IMG/VR virus record: IMGVR_UViG_3300048579_000376 | Span: 1 to 45,832 of that record | Reading direction: 5' to 3' (one strand) | Source of the DNA: a virus | Lineage: Duplodnaviria > Caudoviricetes | DNA: 45,832 nt | Shown: one piece after another, positions 42,901 to 45,832 of the stretch | How the letters are laid out: each line of letters opens with the position of its first letter | Position numbering within the stretch: position 1 is the stretch's first letter | The notes under the pieces: generated by a model | The model's database searches: none | What the model saw: only the letters and a program-made list of their open reading frames with translations | Told to the model about the DNA's origin: nothing | Position numbers and translations under genes: made by a program

Positions 42901-45832
42901 CCAGGATGCGCCCCTTGAGGTCCGGGCGCGACAGGACCTCCTGCAGCTTGAGCGCCAGATTGGTGTACTGGATGGACTCGTCGATGGCGTCGTACTTGCT
43001 GACCAGAACGATGGCGTAGCCCATGTAGACAGAGCAGGAATCGCCGGCATTGCCCCGCAGCAGGGTGACGTTGAGGGCGTTCAGCACCAGCCAGGCGTAC
43101 AGGTCCGGCCGCGCGATCCAGGCACAGGGCATGGCGTCGGCCAGGATGCCGAGCAAACCGAGGGCGTCCGGGTCGGCCAGACGCGGAGCCTCGATCAGCC
43201 CCTCGATGGAGCGTCCCCGCAGGTTGACCGAGGATTCCCGCCGGGCCAGCTCCACCGCCGCCTCGATGGCGGCCGCTCCGTCGGGGCAATTCAGCCCGAA
43301 CATGCGCAGCGCCGACAGCGCCACCTCGACCGCCTCGCCCCAGCGGCCGGCCACCTGGTTGCGCAGGATGAGCAGGCGGTAGGCCCTGGCGCGATCGGCA
43401 TTGCCGCGCGCCCGCTCGACGATGACCGGAAACAGCTCCTCCACCTGCAGGAAATTACCCAGCAGCAATTCGCAGGTGGCGCGCTCCAGCACCAGCGCGA
43501 AGGTCCGTTCGTAATCGGCCTCCCAGGCGGAAGGGGGCAGCAGGTCCATGGCCTGCAGGAAATAGGTTCGGGCGGTGGCATAGGCCGCCGAGGATTTGGC
43601 CTTTTCCCCTGCCCGCCCGTTCATCAGACGGACCCGCGAGCGTTCGTCCTCCGAATCGAGCAGCTCGAGGCCGATGTTGAAATGGTTCACCAGGTCGAAG
43701 ATGTGATCCTCGAGCTCGTCCTCGTTCAGTTCGGCCAGCAGCTTGCGACCGATCCGAAGATGCTCGGCCGGCCGTTCCCCGGCGGGCAGCAGGCGATAGG
43801 CGGCCTCCTGGATGCGGTCGTGGGCGAAGCGCAGAGTATCCTTGCGCCGCACCAGATAGGAGGCGCGCAAGGCGTCCTCCAGGCTGTCCTCCAGGGAATC
43901 GCCGTACTCCGCGTGAACGGCCCGCAGCGTCCTCAGCTCGACGGCATTGCCCAGGCAGGCGAGGGTCCGCATCACGTCCCGCGCCCGCTGGGGCAGCCGG
44001 CGGAGCTTGCCCACCATCAGATCGACCACGTTGTCGGTGAAATCCTTGGCGGCGATCCGCTCGATATCCCAGCGCCAGCCGTCCGGGCCGGGGGTCAGCA
44101 GCCCGTCCTCGAACAATCCCTGCATGAACTGGATGGTGAAAAACGGGTTGCCTTCGGTCTTCCGGCCGACGATGGCGGCCAGGGGGCGGGCGGCCTCCAG
44201 GGAGCAGGAGAGCGTCTCGGCCACCATCCGCCCGAGTTGATCCTCCGACAGCGGCGGCAGCAGGATTTCCTCGACCGGCTGGCGCGCCCGGATGGATTCG
44301 CATGTCAGGGCCAGGGGATGGGCTGCCCCCACCTCGTTGTCGCGGTAGGCGCAGATCAGCAGCAGATGACGCAGCTCCGCATGGGTCGCCAGATACTCGA
44401 ACAGCTTCAGGCTGCCGGGGTCGATCCACTGCAGATCGTCGAGGAACAGGACCAGCGGGTGCTCGGCGGTGGCCCAGACGCCGAGGAACCGCCGGAAGGT
44501 CGCGAAGAAGCGGACCTGCGCCTCGTTGGGCGGAAGATCGGCGACCGGCGGCTGCTCGCCGATCAGCAGGGTCAGTTCCGGAATCAGGTCGGTGATCAGC
44601 CGGCCGTTCTGGCCGACCGCGTCGAGGACCGATCGGCGCCATTGCGCCAGTTGCGCATCGCCCTGGCTGAGTATCTGCCGCACCGATCCCTGGAACGCCT
44701 GAGCCCAGGTGGCGTAGGGAATGTGGCGCCTGAACTGGTCGAACTTACCCGAGGCGAACAGTGCCCGCGCCTGGATCAGCGCCTTGTGCAGCTCGCCCAC
44801 CAGCGCCGATTTGCCGATACCCGAATAGCCGGTGATCAGGACGACCTCCAGGCTGCCCCGGCTGGCGACCCGTTCAGCCACCGCCAGCAGCCGGCCCAGT
44901 TCCCCATCACGGCCGTAGAGTTTTTCCGGGATGATCAGGCGGTCGGGGGTATCGTCGCCGGCCAGGGGAAACGGCGACACGCTCCCCCCCTCGCGCCAGG
45001 CGTGAAAGCAGCGCAACAGGTCGGCGGCTAGGCCGCTGGCGGTCTGGTAGCGGTCCTCCGCCGCCTTGGCCAGCAGCTTCATAACGATGTCGGAGACCTG
45101 CTCGGGAATATCGCCGCGCAGATGGGTGAGTGGCGGCGGCCGCCGCGCCACGTGGAAATGGACCAGCTCGGCCGGGTCATCCGAGGAGAAGGGGGGGCGG
45201 CCCGCCAGCATCTCGAAGAAGACGATTCCCAGCGAATACAGGTCGCTGCGCGAATCCACCGAGCGGTTCATGCGCCCGGTCTGCTCCGGGGCCATGTAGA
45301 CCAGCGTCCCCTCGATGGTCTCGATCGGATCGAAGGCGATGTGATGGCGCGGCAGCGGGGACGCGAGGCCGAAACCGGTGAAGCGGACGGGAGCCCCGCC
45401 CTCATCCGGGACGAGGATGTTGGCCGGCCGGATGTCCCTGTGGATGATGCCCTGGCCGTGCATCCGGGCCAGGGAGCGGGCCATGGCCAGGGCCAGGGGC
45501 AGGAACGTGCCGAGGGGAAGGCCGGGATGCGGCCCGCCGGCCTCCGGGGAGTACCCGGCCAGGATACTCTCCAGGAGGGTCCCGCCGGGGTCGCCGAGCA
45601 GCAGCTCGGCCGAACTCGCCCTTTCCAGCAGGAGATTGGGCGGCGCCGCCCATTCGGGCGACAGTTGCTCCCTCATGGCGAATTCGTTGCGGAAGCGGGA
45701 AAGGATCCGCGGCGAGGCCTCGCCCGTGGCGGGAACGACCACCAGGGCCGCCCCCCGCAGGGAATCCCGCCCGCGCCACACCACGCGATCCCGATCGCGG
45801 GTCAGTAGCTCGGCCTGGCTCAGGGTGGCCAA
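39937..45832 (-). pseudogene. 5' part of the host Ser/Thr kinase-AAA-GAF-PAS-Hpt-(HATPase) signalling gene, truncated by the prophage
   Basis: HRDIRPANIL, YMAPEQTGR, Walker A GYSGIGKS, LFLDDLQW, GNPFF, GAF (LYLEN, QAAISLEN), PAS (VEDITDRK), Hpt (IHTFKG). The true start may lie beyond the window edge. Confidence 0.92.

Noticed and set aside
1-45832. CRISPR array, tRNA/rRNA, invertase, mom/com, gam, tail sheath, reverse transcriptase/DGR
   Set aside because: No regularly spaced repeats, cloverleaf or matching protein motifs were seen by eye. Highly diverged versions cannot be excluded.

Overview
The window holds a complete Mu-like (transposable) prophage at 410-39936 (39,527 bp). It starts with TG, ends with CA and is flanked by a 5-bp target duplication, CCAGC (405-409 and 39937-39941). 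It sits inside a very large minus-strand host gene from a high-GC bacterium, probably an alphaproteobacterium of the Rhodospirillales (inference). Removing the prophage and one duplication copy rejoins a 6,300-nt frame (2,099 aa from the window-edge TTG) encoding Ser/Thr kinase, AAA ATPase, GAF, PAS, PAS-like, Hpt and CheA-type HATPase domains. The prophage has an XRE-S24 repressor and ner switch, MuA and MuB, a long accessory early region, gemA and mor, lysis genes, Mu-type terminase/portal/head genes and a non-contractile tail. No gin, mom or gam gene was recognised. Highlights: (1) an Acb2 anti-CBASS sponge gene missed by the ORF track inside the tail operon; (2) a MuF protein with a probable PBECR RNase domain followed by a kissing-loop RNA; (3) a Zn-finger protein fused to an acyl-carrier-protein-like domain lacking its serine; (4) a host-type PhrR/PraR-like XRE regulator; (5) an inverted three-gene cassette with its own operators; (6) an antisense gene whose ribosome-binding site is locked in a hairpin; (7) cuckoo-like hairpins inside MuA; (8) a holin-endolysin fusion; (9) a palindrome at both late operons and at the right end. 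All family assignments come from reading motifs by eye; no searches were run.
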